From the human T2T-CHM13v2.0 reference genome, Homo sapiens, in assembly GCF_009914755.1 (NCBI RefSeq), contig NC_060926.1: a stretch of DNA of 64,000 bases. The stretch is one strand, 5' to 3'. The position numbers and the translations under genes are program-made. Shown one piece after another: positions 40,098 to 53,337 of the stretch; the stretch's first letter is position 1; every line of letters starts with the position of its first letter. The notes under the pieces were generated by a model. It searched no databases and was not told the DNA's origin. It saw nothing but the letters and a program-made list of their open reading frames with translations.

Positions 40098-42007
40098 TCA
40101 CACAGAAGTGACAACCCAGGGTTTTTTTTGTTGTTGTTATGTTTCTGGAGGCATTTTTCACTCTTCTGAGATTGAAGAACACACAGGTTGTCTGATGGGT
40201 AAGTGTTTTTTCACCTTGCTCTGCCTCAGCAGAACAGCAGTCTGCTTCTCCCAGTGGTTACCAGAAACAATAACAGTGGTTAGTAATAACTGATCTGAAC
40301 GCAATCTTCTCTCTTCTTAAAAGGGTTTCTTTATGTGTAAAGCAGAGATTCTCGTCTGTTAGAGCCTAAAGATCCTCTCTTTATCTGCAGTAGGTGCTAA
40401 GAGCCTATGAACTTTATTATTAACAACAATTTCTGCAAACCTTTGAAACTCTGATAAACAAAGAAGCAGATTTTCTTATGTTCTTCCTTTCAGTTTATGC
40501 GGCTTATATTCTGTTTATTTCACCTTCTAGGGTTCCTCCCACTCCCTCTCCTCTCACCTTTTTCTTAATATTCATTTTGTGCAGTCTAGAATCTGTCTGC
40601 TCTAGTAAACAGAGTAGAGAGAAGATGTCCTCAAGACACCTTGTTTTCTAACAAGATCAGAGGCACCTGAGGACAGATGCTTTTATGTGCACCCATCAGG
40701 AATGCAGATGGCTCCTCCCCAGAAGTCAGCAGAGGAGTTTTCATAACTCTATTTGCAGTCACAGTATTTTGTGACCTTCCCTGGGAAAATTCTCTATAAA
40801 CATCACAACAAATTGCTTATTTGCTCAGCCTTTTGACCCCTAGACCACTTGACCCTGTGTTGATTTACTCCCATTCCTGTTAGCTTGGGTTGATTCATTA
40901 ATCATTTGCAATTGGCACTCACAAGAATTAGATGTCTCTTCCTTTCCTTCAGTAAACCCGCAGAGACCCTTTACTTCTTTTGTAAAATCTTTTGTAGTTA
41001 GTGTCAGGCTGGACATTGAGTGATTTATTTTGGTTTGGGAAAAGATAAGGTTTGTACCTCAGCTTTGAGCATGATAAAGAAGTACTTCCAGACTGGTCAG
41101 TTACAGCAGTGGTAGTAGTGTTCTTCTCCCATTGAGTTTGAAACTTTACTCTGGATATTTAAGTGAATGGACCACGATCCCCAGTAATCACTCTTATCAG
41201 ACATAGTGGATAAAGCATGAAGCTTTAAAAACAACTGCTGTCTTTTAAGTAGAAGGTTGTTGATTCTTTCTCATGGATGGTTAAAGCATTCATTAGATGA
41301 AGAATAAACAAGTTTAAAATTTACCAGTCTACCTTGGCTTTGATGTCAACTGCTGATTTTTGTAGCCTGAAAGGTAAAAATAATAAAAATCCCACATAAA
41401 TGGATCAACAGGGGTCCTAATTAAAATTCTTTAATATTTGAAAAATAATTTTTCTAACATTTAGCTTTCTTTTTGGTTATCTTCCTAAAAGTGACTTTGG
41501 CCAAGTATAATATACTATTTAGATAATAATAGGATTTCTACTTATAAATAGAAATGCCTCATTTTAAAAATGCCTGTTGGATTATTTCATTTTATTTCTG
41601 GGCTTCTGGGCTTTAAACATCCATAGCTTTGATGTATGCCAAATATAAAAAATAAATTTGCTGAGAAAGGAATTACAATTGATTATAAATAATGTTTTTG
41701 CAGGCTCAGTGTGTGGTTTTTCTTATTGATTTTACTACATGCAAAATTAAGTTATCCTGAATTACTTTTGTAATTATTAATAATAGTTGTCAGCGTAATT
41801 ATAAGGCCTTTCACCCAGACAATCAACGCATTCTACTGATTTCTCCTGTTAATTAAATACATGGAGAGTTAAGTAATCAGTGTAAATCCAGGGAAGTAGA
41901 GCAACAACTAAAAGTATGGTTATTTATTGACCATTTGTTTAAAAAAAAGTCATTTTCTGAAGACTATTCAAACCAATGACATCTAGAAAATTATATGGAC
42001 ACACTTA

Positions 42008-42290
42008 GGCAGGATACGGTGGCTCACGCCTGTAATCCCAGCACTTTGGGAGGCTGTGGGCAGGTCACGAGGTCAGGAGTTTGAGACCAGCCTGACCAAC
42101 AAAATGAAACCCCATCTTTACTAAAAATACAAAAAATCAGCTGGGTGTGGTGGCAGGTGCCTCAGCTACTCAGGAGGCTGAGGCAGGAGAACCACTTGAA
42201 CCTGAGAAGCGCAGGTTGCAGTGAGCTGACATTGCGCCACTGCACTCCAGCCTGGGCGACACTGCGAGACTGTCTCAAAAAAAAAAAAAA
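42008..42290 (+). mobile_element. AluSg-like, near full length; the only plus-strand Alu
   Basis: tcacgaggtcaggagtttgagacc; A tail; TSD attatatggacacactt at 41990-42006 and 42291-42307. Confidence 0.95.
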
Positions 42291-42840
42291 ATTATATGGA
42301 CACACTTTTCCTGGAAAAGATAAAATTTACAGTCTTTGGATTATATTAATAGCATTAAAAAGAAGTATAGACAAAAATTTGGACAAAACCGTTAAAAATG
42401 CTCGTTATTATAGGAGTAAACTCTGAGTTGCAAAAGGACCCAATTAATCTGAATGGAAGATTTCTCTCCCGCCTTCTCCTTCTTCTCTTCCTTCAATGAA
42501 ATCCTTTTTACCTATATGTCACTTTGTATTTTAGTAGTCTAGGAAGACCTGAAGCAAAGCTACTGAATATCCTAAAGAGAATCTAATCCAGATACAGAAA
42601 GTGTTACAGATCTCCTAGTGGATACGTAGCTGTATTTTGTGGTCCTACCAGAACTTTTGGCTAGAAAAGCACATGAGTTCACAGTTAACTCATAAAACTT
42701 AATGTGGGTAAAGTGAACATTTGATTCTTTCTTTGCAAAAGACAAAAATGTTTTTGTGAAAACTTTCTTATATCAATCATCCAGTTAACAGGCACATAAA
42801 GAAATCTGTGCACCTTGCTTTGTTAGTAGCTATGCAAATA

Positions 42841-43160
42841 CAGATCTATGATTTCTTATCTACAATTCTGAAATCTCAAATCTGAGAAAACTAAAAGCTT
42901 TCTTTTAAGTCATTTGGCTGCGAAACCTGACTTCTACTGAGCTGAGGTGACTTATAATCTTGGTAAAGCTATATTCAATTTGAATATTCATGCATTTCAG
43001 TACAGAATATTAATGTGTTTGATTATTGGATGCTACTTCAGACCTCACTGGAGGTATAAAATATGCAGCCTTTGCTGTGTATTATCTTTCTAAAATCTGA
43101 AAAATTCTAATTATGAAATATATGAGGCTTAAGAGTTTCAGTTAAGGGACTATGGGCCTG
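42841..43160 (+). mobile_element. MER46C (TcMar-Tigger MITE), full length
   Basis: TA|cagatctatgatttcttatc...gttaagggactatgggcctg TIRs; internal catttggctgcgaaacctgac and gaatattaatgtgtttgattat. Confidence 0.8.
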
Positions 43161-43607
43161 TGCTACCACCATTGTAAATTACTTAGCAAAATGTTTTATA
43201 ATTAGTTCTTCAGTATGTATTTTTATAGCATAATGATTTCATGTTATGATCAATATAAAAGTTTGGCAAATAAACTTTATAAGAGTAAAATATACCTTTT
43301 GAATTATCTTTCTATTGGGTATTTACTGTGTGTGTGGTTCCACTAAGTGCTTTTTACATATGTATATTATACAGATTAGAAGACTAAGGTTAAGTAATGT
43401 GCCCAAGGTCATATAGGTAGTAAGTATTAGAGCCAGACCTTAGAGTCAGGTATTTCTAATTCTAGTGCCATGGACTCAAAAAAAAATGCAATATATTATT
43501 TCTATTATATTATTATTTTTGTTCCTACTTTTGTTATGTTACTGATTTTGTGGTTAAAAATATTAAAACCTTAAACCCAGTTTTAGAGGGATTAACTTAT
43601 GTAATAA

Positions 43608-44305
43608 TGAGAGGTGAAGTTGGCTGCGCTTCTAGGTCGGGTAGGGACTTGAGGAACTTTTCTGTCTAGCTAAAGGATTGTAAATGCGCCAATCAGTGCT
43701 GTGTCTAGCTAAAGGTTTGTAAATGCATCAATCAGCACTCTGTAAAAACGCACCAATCAGTGCTCTGTGTCTAGCTAAAGGTTTGTAAACGCACCAATCA
43801 GCACTCTGTAAAATGGACCAATCAGCAGGACGTGGGCGGGGCCAAATAAGAGAATAAAAGCTGGCCACCCAGCCAGCAGAGGCAACCCACTTGGGTCCCC
43901 TTCCATGCAGTGGAAGCTTAGTTCTTTCACTCTTCACCATAAATCTTGCTGCTGCTCACTCTTTGGGTCCACACTACCTTATGAGCTGTAACACTCACTG
44001 CGAAGGTCTGCAGCTTCACTCCTGAAGTCAGCAAGATCACGAACCCACCAGAAGGAAGAAACTCCAGATGCACCACCTTTAAGAGCTGTAACACTCATTG
44101 CAAAGGTCTGTGGCTTCACTCCTGAAGTCAACGAGACCACGAACCCACCGGAAGGAAGAAACTCTGGACACATCTGAACATCAGAAGGAACAAACTCCAG
44201 ACACACCATCTTTAAGAACTGTAACATTCATTGCGAGGGTCCGTGGCTTCACGCTTGAAGTCAGCGAGACCAAGATCCTACTGGAAGGAACCAATTCTGG
44301 ACACA
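43608..44305 (+). mobile_element. LTR12 (HERV9) solo LTR, 698 bp
   Basis: tgagaggtgaag...ccaattctggacaca; 4-bp TSD ATAA at 43604-43607 and 44306-44309; U3 gtctagctaaagg/ccaatcagc repeats; U5 tandem repeats. Confidence 0.93.
43689..43859 (+). promoter_or_regulatory. LTR12 U3 promoter motifs (CCAAT x4, GC box, AATAAAA TATA-like box)
   Basis: CCAAT at 43689, 43753, 43794 and 43818; GGGCGGGG at 43834-43841; AATAAAA at 43853-43859. Activity is not shown by the sequence. Confidence 0.65.
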
Positions 44306-44465
44306 ATAATACAACAACCCTCTGAGGTATGATATTCCCATTACACAGATGAAGAAACTGAGTGTCAGTGAGGTCAGGGAATTAGCCCAAGAGCTACCCA
44401 ACTAGTAAATAATTGAGGCAGATTTTGATACCAGGTAGTCTGAGTTTCATGCTCTTAACCATTTG
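44306..44465 (-). mobile_element. MIR split by LTR12; another MIR at ~43310-43480
   Basis: acaacaaccctctgaggta...cccattacacagatgaagaaactgag...tgctcttaacca. Confidence 0.8.
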
Positions 44466-46065
44466 CTGAAATGTAAACTCTTCAGAATTGCTTCTTTATG
44501 GACTGGTAAAACACTCAGTTCATCAATTATGGTCTCCATTTTTTAATGTTTCTGTTGTAACTTAAATTCTTAGCTTTACTTTATCCTTAATACCAGCAAA
44601 TCATTGATATACATGATGCTTGACAGTAAAAATGTGTTGAGTCATGTCCTGGTGGACTATGAGGAGACATGCATGATCACAAGTTGCTGTCCAACGTCTT
44701 AAACATAAATACAAATATTTTAAGGTGATGAATTAAAACCAGTCATTTTTATTAAATTATATAGAAATATGATTTAATTTTTAAGTTTTATTTTGTTCAG
44801 AATCAACTTTATACACATAAACAAATATGTGTACCTCTACCTCCATATTCTTTTGTTTTAAGCCCAAAAGTTAGCATATTATCTATATCCTCTGCACCTT
44901 TTTTTAAACTTTGATTTTTTTTTTTTGCATATAGTTTTATATCAATAGCATGAAACACGGTATATTTCAAATATAATGGATAATTTCAAACATAACATAA
45001 AAGTTGGCACAATAGGAAAGACATTATAAAGAACTTATATCAACTCATCACCCAGCTTCACCAATTAATAACTCTCAGACAGTTTTTTGTCATCTGTACC
45101 CTCACCCTCTTTCTTTCTTTTCTATATTGTTTTGATGTGAGTCTCAAACATTATTATTGGATAGTTAATGACAAAAATGGGAGTCTTTAAGATGCTGGAT
45201 TTGTTTGAAGTGTATATCATGCATAATGCTCCTCATTTTTTAAAATCTGTGGTAGCATCTTACCATTTATCAACTACTATATGTAACAAGAGAACCAATA
45301 AATGCTAATACTGGTGGAGTGGCTGTGTATGGCAATATGTGAGTGGCAATATGTTTACTCAGTGCATGATCATTTTTAAAGTCAACTTTTTTACATTACC
45401 ATCGGTAATTGCCAGATCAGAGTAGGTAACTGCTGCACTACTGGTATAGAACCCTCTAAAGTGATGTTAAAAGTATATATTTACAATTGCTGATGCAAAT
45501 GGCTCATATGGACGCAATAGCTATGATTGAAGTTGATTCGTTTTGATCAATTAAATCAATGGTGATAACAAGATAAGCTAAATCATCATGTGGAAAACAT
45601 TGATTTTTCATGGGTGTATAGTCGGACTCACTGAATCCATATGTCTCAAAATAAAACAACGTCTTTTGCTTTGTTTAGAAATTAGCTGCTGTTGCAAAAA
45701 ATGAGTGGTGACTTTAGAAATTCTGACTGAAATAGCCACAAAGTCTGGGGGCAGGCTACCAATGGTTATATGGAAACACTAAAGAATTTTAGCACTGAAT
45801 CAAGCTGAAATCATCAATGGAAATGCTATTGCTTACTTCAGGTATCTAATGTTTATAAAGTGGGGAATAATTATTTAAGAATAAATAGCCATGAAATCTT
45901 CTATCTTCCAGAATTTTTCATTCAAATAATTTGACATGTTCATTAAAATAAAATTGGCCAATAAAATTTTGGAGAGCAATTTTGATAATTTTGAATGCAG
46001 TTTAAAAATCTTTAGAAGAATGCATGTATATGTAAGAGAGATATGCCTGGTGAGAGAAAAAACAT

Positions 46066-46427
<362 letters not shown>

Positions 46428-46964
46428 TAATGCTTCTGAAAATATGTATCTGTTATATTTTTCACTGTTTAGTATTTTTATTTTATTTAAATAGGTTTAT
46501 ATCAGAAATCTAACTCATACTGCTGAAATAACTTTATAAATTATTCACTTCCAGTACCTCAAATTGAGATACTCATCCAGGAATCAACTAAGTCTTAGAT
46601 AAAGGGTTTTCTGCTTAGAGAGTTCATGGTTCTGTATTTTACAAAAACTGATGGAAGCTTCTATTATATTGAGCCCAAAGAGGATCTCATGAAACGATAA
46701 AGAAAGATGGTTTTCTGAAAAGATGAATAAGGAAGAGAAGAGAGGTTGGGTTACTGCTGTGAAATGCTCAGAACATTGCATTTCAGTGAATCATGAAGAA
46801 TAGTAAGCAATAGAAAGAGTCAATTCCAGTTCCTTTTTTTAATTCCATCCAAACAAGGAAATAGGTTTATCAGAATTATTACTAGATATCCTATTCCTAC
46901 AACCTACTGTATAAGCATATCCTACAACTTAACATTGTTACATATATTACTACATACTTAGATT

Positions 46965-48655
46965 TGCTTTTAAAAAATTGTATAATATTCTATTTTAAAA
47001 TAATTTCAAACTTACAGAAAATTGCAAGAATTCAAATGACTATTTACTCCTTACCTAGACTTCCCAATGGCTAACATTTACCATATTTGCTTTATCATTC
47101 TCTGAATATACACACGCACACACAATTTTTTTTGTGAACCTTATTGAGAGTAAATGCCCCTTTATCCTTAAATACTTCAACATATATTACCTAAGAGCAA
47201 GAACACTCTTATACAACACAAAACAATGACCAAACTCATTAACTTAATGTAGAGATGTCTAATCTACAGGGTTTATTCAAATTTTGCCAATTACTTTTAA
47301 TGTCATTTATAGTCATATATGTGTGTGTACATATATGTATTTCTTATCTAGTTTAGGATCTGAACCCAAATCACACATTTGGTTTGATTATAATATCTCT
47401 TTATTCTGGAACTGTTTCTCAGTATTTCTTTCTTTCATGACCTTGCCATTTTTTGAGTATAAGCTAGTTTTGTGTAGAATTGCCATCAACTTCAGTTTTT
47501 CTGATATTTTCCACATGATTATGTTCAGGTTATGAAGAATTTGAAGACCCTTAGAATAATGAGGAATGAATGTTACTTAAGGGATATGTATCTGGCAAAG
47601 AAGACAGTATTTCAATTCTCTTTATTAAATTGCTACTTTCATATGCTTTAGTATTATGTCAGCTTTTGTATTAACTGTCTGGTTTTAGGTAATGTTTTTA
47701 AAAAAATAGAATGAATAAGACCTAGTATTTGATAACACAACAGGGTGACTATAGTCAATAATAATTTAATAGTACGTTTAAAAATAAGAGTATAATTGAA
47801 TTGTTTGTAACACAAAGGATAAATGCTTGAGGTGATGGATACTCATCCTGATGGATGTGGTTATTACCTACTGTATACTTGTATAGTATATCACATATAC
47901 TACATAAATATGTATGTCTACTATCTACTCACAAAAATTAAAAATTACAGGAACAAACAAAAAACCCAGATATCTCTTTTAATGTTTGATATTTTTATAT
48001 GACTTGAGTAGGTTTCTGGCAGGAGCACCACAGATGTGATGTATCCTCAGTGTGTCTTATCAGAAGTCATATGATGTTGGTTTGTCCCCTACTAGTGATC
48101 TTAACTTTAATTATTTGGTTAACGTAGAGTTTGCCTGATTTCTCCCCTAGAAAGTAGTTTTTTACTCTTTGTAATTACTAAGTAATTTGTGAGAAGATAC
48201 TTTAGAATTGTGTAAATAGTTTGCTTTTCATCAAACCTTTAACCATTGGTTTTAGCATCCAATAAATATTCTTGTACAATTGACTCATTATCATGGGTGC
48301 TAATGCTAATTTTCTAACTTCCTTACTGTTTCTACATTTGTCAGTTGGATTCCATTATAAGGAAGAAATTTGAGTTATGTCTATTTGTTTATTCATTTAT
48401 TTATATCAGCATAGATTCATGGATTCTTTTATTAAATCGAGGTAAGTGCATTCATTTAAGGGTGCAGTTTTAGGTTCACAGCAAATTGAGTGGGAAGTAC
48501 AAAGAGTTTCCATATGCCTCTGTCCCCACATGTACATAGCCTCCTCTACAACATCACACATGAGAGTGGTACCTTTGCTACACTCCATGAACCTCCACTG
48601 TTACATTATTATCACCCAAAGTCCATAGTGTAAATTAGGGTTCACTCTTGGTGTT
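46965..48655 (-). mobile_element. Mosaic of L1MC 3' fragments
   Basis: aatttcaaacttacagaaaattgcaagaa, taacattttaccatatttgctttatca, aggttcacagcaaattgagtggg...agggttcactcttggtgtt. Confidence 0.7.
47701..47947 (+). mobile_element. L1MA (MA2/3-like) 3' end
   Basis: agaatgaataagacctagtatttgataacacaacagggtgactatagtcaataataattta...aaaggataaatgcttgaggtgatggatac. Confidence 0.85.
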
Positions 48656-48656
48656 A

Positions 48657-48998
48657 TGCCCAAAACACTGAAAGATCAAACATGTTGCTGAACACTTAGA
48701 AACTAGCCTGGGCCCTGAGCTTAAATTTCTTTAACCTCCATATAAACTCTATCACCCCACCCCTTTGTAATGGATATTCCTAGGTAGAAAATCTTTCCTT
48801 GCTGTCCATCATGAGGAAGCTGAAGCCCCTTCTGTATTAAGTTCCCCTAATAAATGGTTTGGTTTGATCATCCTGGCATTTAGTGCTTCCTTCTTTGGAA
48901 TTCCACCCAGCCTCTTCTTCAGACAGTTTGGGGTAGTCCTTTGTGGGAATCCTCCTGCTGCTTTAGGGGCGACTCCAGCTGCAGGTTCAGTAGGACGG
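48657..48998 (+). mobile_element. ERVL LTR 3' portion (MER54/73/74-like)
   Basis: catataaact TATA box, aagttcccctaataaatg poly(A) signal, ttggggtagtcctttgtgggaa, ggggcgactccagc. Confidence 0.5.
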
Positions 48999-49378
48999 AA
49001 ACTCACCATTAAGTATGATGTCAGCTCTAGGCTTTTGTCGATGATCTTGATTCAATTGAGGAAGTCCCCCTCTCTTTCTAGTTTGCTGAGAGTTTTTATT
49101 ATGAATAGGTGTTACCTTTTGTCAAATGTGTTCTCTGCATCTTTTGCTATAACTTGCTATAATCTTATGATTCTTTTCTTTAGCCTGTTGATATGATGGA
49201 TTATACTAATTCATTTTTAATATTAAAAAAACTGCAGTCTTTATTTTTAAAAGAAAAAAGTATTTTACTTTATGTAAACCATGTTACTTTTGCCCCTTAT
49301 ATCAAAGGGAATAAAGAAAAATTTGTAGTTTAAATTGCTTCTTTTTACATGAATGCTGAAAAGTCTTCTAAGAAAGTA

Positions 49379-49955
<577 letters not shown>

Positions 49956-51049
49956 GTTTATGTTAGAACATTAATTCCTTTTAAAATTTGAGTCGGACTC
50001 GCATACCTGGGAAAAAAATCTTACTTCGGCATGTCATGGTGTATAATTCTTTTTATACATCATTGGATTCAGTTTGCTAGTATTTTGGTGAGGACTGTTT
50101 CTATGTTCATGAGAGAGATTGGCTCTAGTTTTCTTACAATATCTTTGTTAAGTTTTGGTATTAGGGTAATGCTGGTCTCTTAGAATGAGTTAGAAAGTAT
50201 TGCCTCTGCTTCCATCTTCTGGAATAGTTTATAGAGAATTGGAATAATTTCTTCCTCAAATGTTTGGTTCCTTTTTTTTATGAAAGTTTCAGATCTGTAA
50301 CTAAATAAATTAAATCTTCATCATAAGTGACTTTGCTAGTTTCTTTGGTATCTCTTATTTGAATGAAGCTCCTTGTCTAGTAGATAACTCGAGAAGAACT
50401 CATAGTTACATAACTGCTTACATTCTTGGTTATTTAAATTTGTTTTCCTTTATTATTGACACTTAAGAGGTTGGATTGCTTGGCTGGATTAAAACAATCC
50501 CTTTGTTCATATCTGCTTTTCTTGAGGTTTTTTTTAAAAAGATACTCCACTATTGCTTTACTTTGTGGATTGCTTTGGAGAATTTTCTGACTGTCTACTT
50601 GTACATTATTTGATCTTTATGCCTAGAGGTTTATGCTGAGAGGATATTTTTTCTTCAAATTCTAACAGTTTTACTATGATATATCTAGACATTGATAAAT
50701 CTGCGTCAATTTGTCTAGGTGCTAATTACACCCTGTCAATTAATAAATTTAGATCTTTTATTTCCAGAATAGTTCCTTGTGCTAAGGTTAAATTTTCTGT
50801 TTTCCTTTCTCGGGGACTCAAATTATACAAATATTAGATTGTTTTGAATACTTTCATAGCCATTTTCTTTTCTGACTTTTTGTACAACTTTATCTTATTT
50901 TTAATCTCCTGGTTGTGTTTCTTTAATGCTATTATATTGCATTCAAAGTTAATTTTCTTTGGCAATGTTTAATTTTTTCCTTTTTGATATACTTTTGTCC
51001 TTTTTTCTATCTTTCCTGAGTCTAATAAACTTATTTGGTTTTTAATTTT

Positions 51050-52560
51050 TGAAATTATTTGAGGTGATTTTTAAATGTTTGTTTGTTATTGAATTTTAAG
51101 AGTTTTAAAAATATATATTCTAGACATTAGATCCTTTTTAGGCATATTATTTGCAAATGTTTTCTCCCATTATATAGGTATCCTTCCTCTTCCTTGAATA
51201 TGTTCTTTGAATGCAGCAACATTTTTAGTTTTGAGGAATAAGTTTTCTTTTGTTATGCTTTTTGAGGAGTAAGAGTTTTCTTTTGTTGCTCATGCTTTTA
51301 GTGTCATACCTAAGAATCCATTGCCAAGTCCAAGGTCATGGAGATTTATTCCTAGGCTTTCTTCTAACATCTTTATAGTTTTACCGCTCATATTTAAGTT
51401 ATTTATCCATTATGAGTTTATTTTTTTGTATATGGTATGAGGTAGGAGTCCAACTTCATTCTTTTGCATATGGACACCTATAATGCATTATTTGTTAAAG
51501 TGACTATTCATGAATGTGTCATTTATGATCGCTATGGCATGCATTATTTGTTAAGGTGACTATGCTTCCTTCACTGAGTGGCTGTGACACCCTTTTTCAT
51601 ACAGGTTTATTTCTCAATTCTATTCCATTGGTCTATATGCTTAGCTGTATGGCAGTACCACATGATTTCAATTACTGTAGCTTAGTAGTTAGATTTAAAG
51701 TAGAGAAGTATCAATGTTCCAGTTTTTTTCTTCCTTTTCAGTATAGTTTTGCCTTTTTAAGAAAACACTAATTCCTCTTAAGCTCTTCCAAAAAGAGAAA
51801 GAAAAAAACAGGAAAACAAAACTCTGTCAGTCTTTGCAGATTGGCTCTCCAATACTTGGCTGGTTTATGTACAACTCTGCCTAGACCTTAACTTACTGCT
51901 CACCCTGAGTAACTAGAGGTGAAAGCTTAGGGTCTTCGAAAGTCTTTTCTGCACATGCGCTTTGCCTTGCATATGCACATGACTTCTTAAATTTCTCAAT
52001 ATGCAGGAGTGCTTCTGAATTTCCTAATAACCCAAAGGAATGTTCTCACCAACTTTTCCTGCCAGGGTATCTGTGTCTATTTTTTGCCACAATTATTCAC
52101 TTCCCTTGCAATGACTTTTAGGAATACCCTCTGCATACCTGCTTTACTGCCCTGAGTGTACTCTGCTTTAGGTAAAACAAAAGCAAATGTTTTGAGTCAG
52201 CTCCTAAGGTAGCCCCCGGACAAGTTAGCATAGACAAACACAATTCTTCGAGAATAAGATCTGCTGTGCTGTCCCCAGAATCAGGGACCAGTGTCCCACA
52301 CTGTGAATGTGGGCTGCCCTCTCAAGACAACCACTGGGCTGGGAAGATAGGTGGGGCTAGGGCAAGTAAAAATGCCACAAATCTTTTCTACAATTTCTAA
52401 GTTGTGTCCTTCTTGATTCAGAGTTTCCTTGGTTCCTGTAAGTCTTTGAATTTTTCCAGAATTATTACAAAGTTGATTTTCAAAGTTATCCGTGATTTTT
52501 CAGAAATTCTGTGGATGGACAGGTCCTTGGAGCTACCTGCACTGCCATTTTTGTTGAAGT
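51050..52560 (-). mobile_element. L1M fragments (ORF2 3' part, then 5'-region-like sequence)
   Basis: atttgcaaatgttttctcccat, gtgtcatacctaagaatccattgccaagtccaaggtcatggagattta, tatggtatgaggtaggagtccaacttcattcttttgcatatgga. Confidence 0.75.
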
Positions 52561-53019
52561 CATTCTGTATGTGAATTTTTACATCGCATCTCTATGGTCA
52601 ATGCTTGGATGTACCCGGGCTCTTTTTGTTTGTATTTTGTTTCTTTTTAATATATCTTTTCTTCTTAGTTGGGACTTTCTATTTGTGGGAACATATTTTT
52701 TTTTTCTCAATCCCCTCTTCTCTTTTTGGTACACTTTCCAAATCCCACATAGTCTCTGCAAAAGGTTGTAGCAGGAGCTGCAGAAATGTTCCAATAGTAA
52801 TTGGTACATATTTTTCTACTTCCAGGTAAATGAAGATTGTTGTGTTTTTTGTTTTTAAGCTTTTCTGAAAAGATAAAAATTTTATTCCTTTTGTTTATCT
52901 GTATAATTTTTGAATGAAGCATGGAGAGATTTGAATTTAGACAGCTATCATTATCTTAACCGGAAGTCCTTTTACTACATTTTATTTTGTTTCTTTAATT
53001 GACTGTTATTGTTTTAAAA

Positions 53020-53337
53020 AAAAATTGTGACAGGACCTGTTACCTAGGCTGTACTGAAGTGGCACAATCATTGTTCACTTAACCTCGAACTTCTGAGCTC
53101 AAGCAATTCTCTTGCCTCAGCCTCCTCTCACCTCTTGCCTCAGTAGCTACCACTGCAGTTGTGTACCATCATGCCTGGCAATTGTCTTTTCAATTTATTT
53201 ACTTTTTATAGAGACAAGGTCTTGCTGTATTGCCCAGGCTGGTCTCTAACTCCTGGTCTAGCTCCTGGCCTCAAGTCATTCTCCCAGCCTTGGCCTCCCA
53301 AAGTGCTGCAGTTACAGGTGTGAGCTACCACTTGGCC
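53020..53337 (-). mobile_element. Degenerate AluJo with two small internal duplications
   Basis: gagctcaagcaattctcttgcctcagcc; ttgcccaggctggtctc; ttggcctcccaaagtgctg. Confidence 0.88.

Noticed and set aside
43660-44290. Regularly spaced direct repeats resembling a CRISPR array, plus ORFs at 43728-44325
   Set aside because: They are the known U3 and U5 tandem repeats of LTR12. There are no unique spacers or cas genes, and the DNA is primate.
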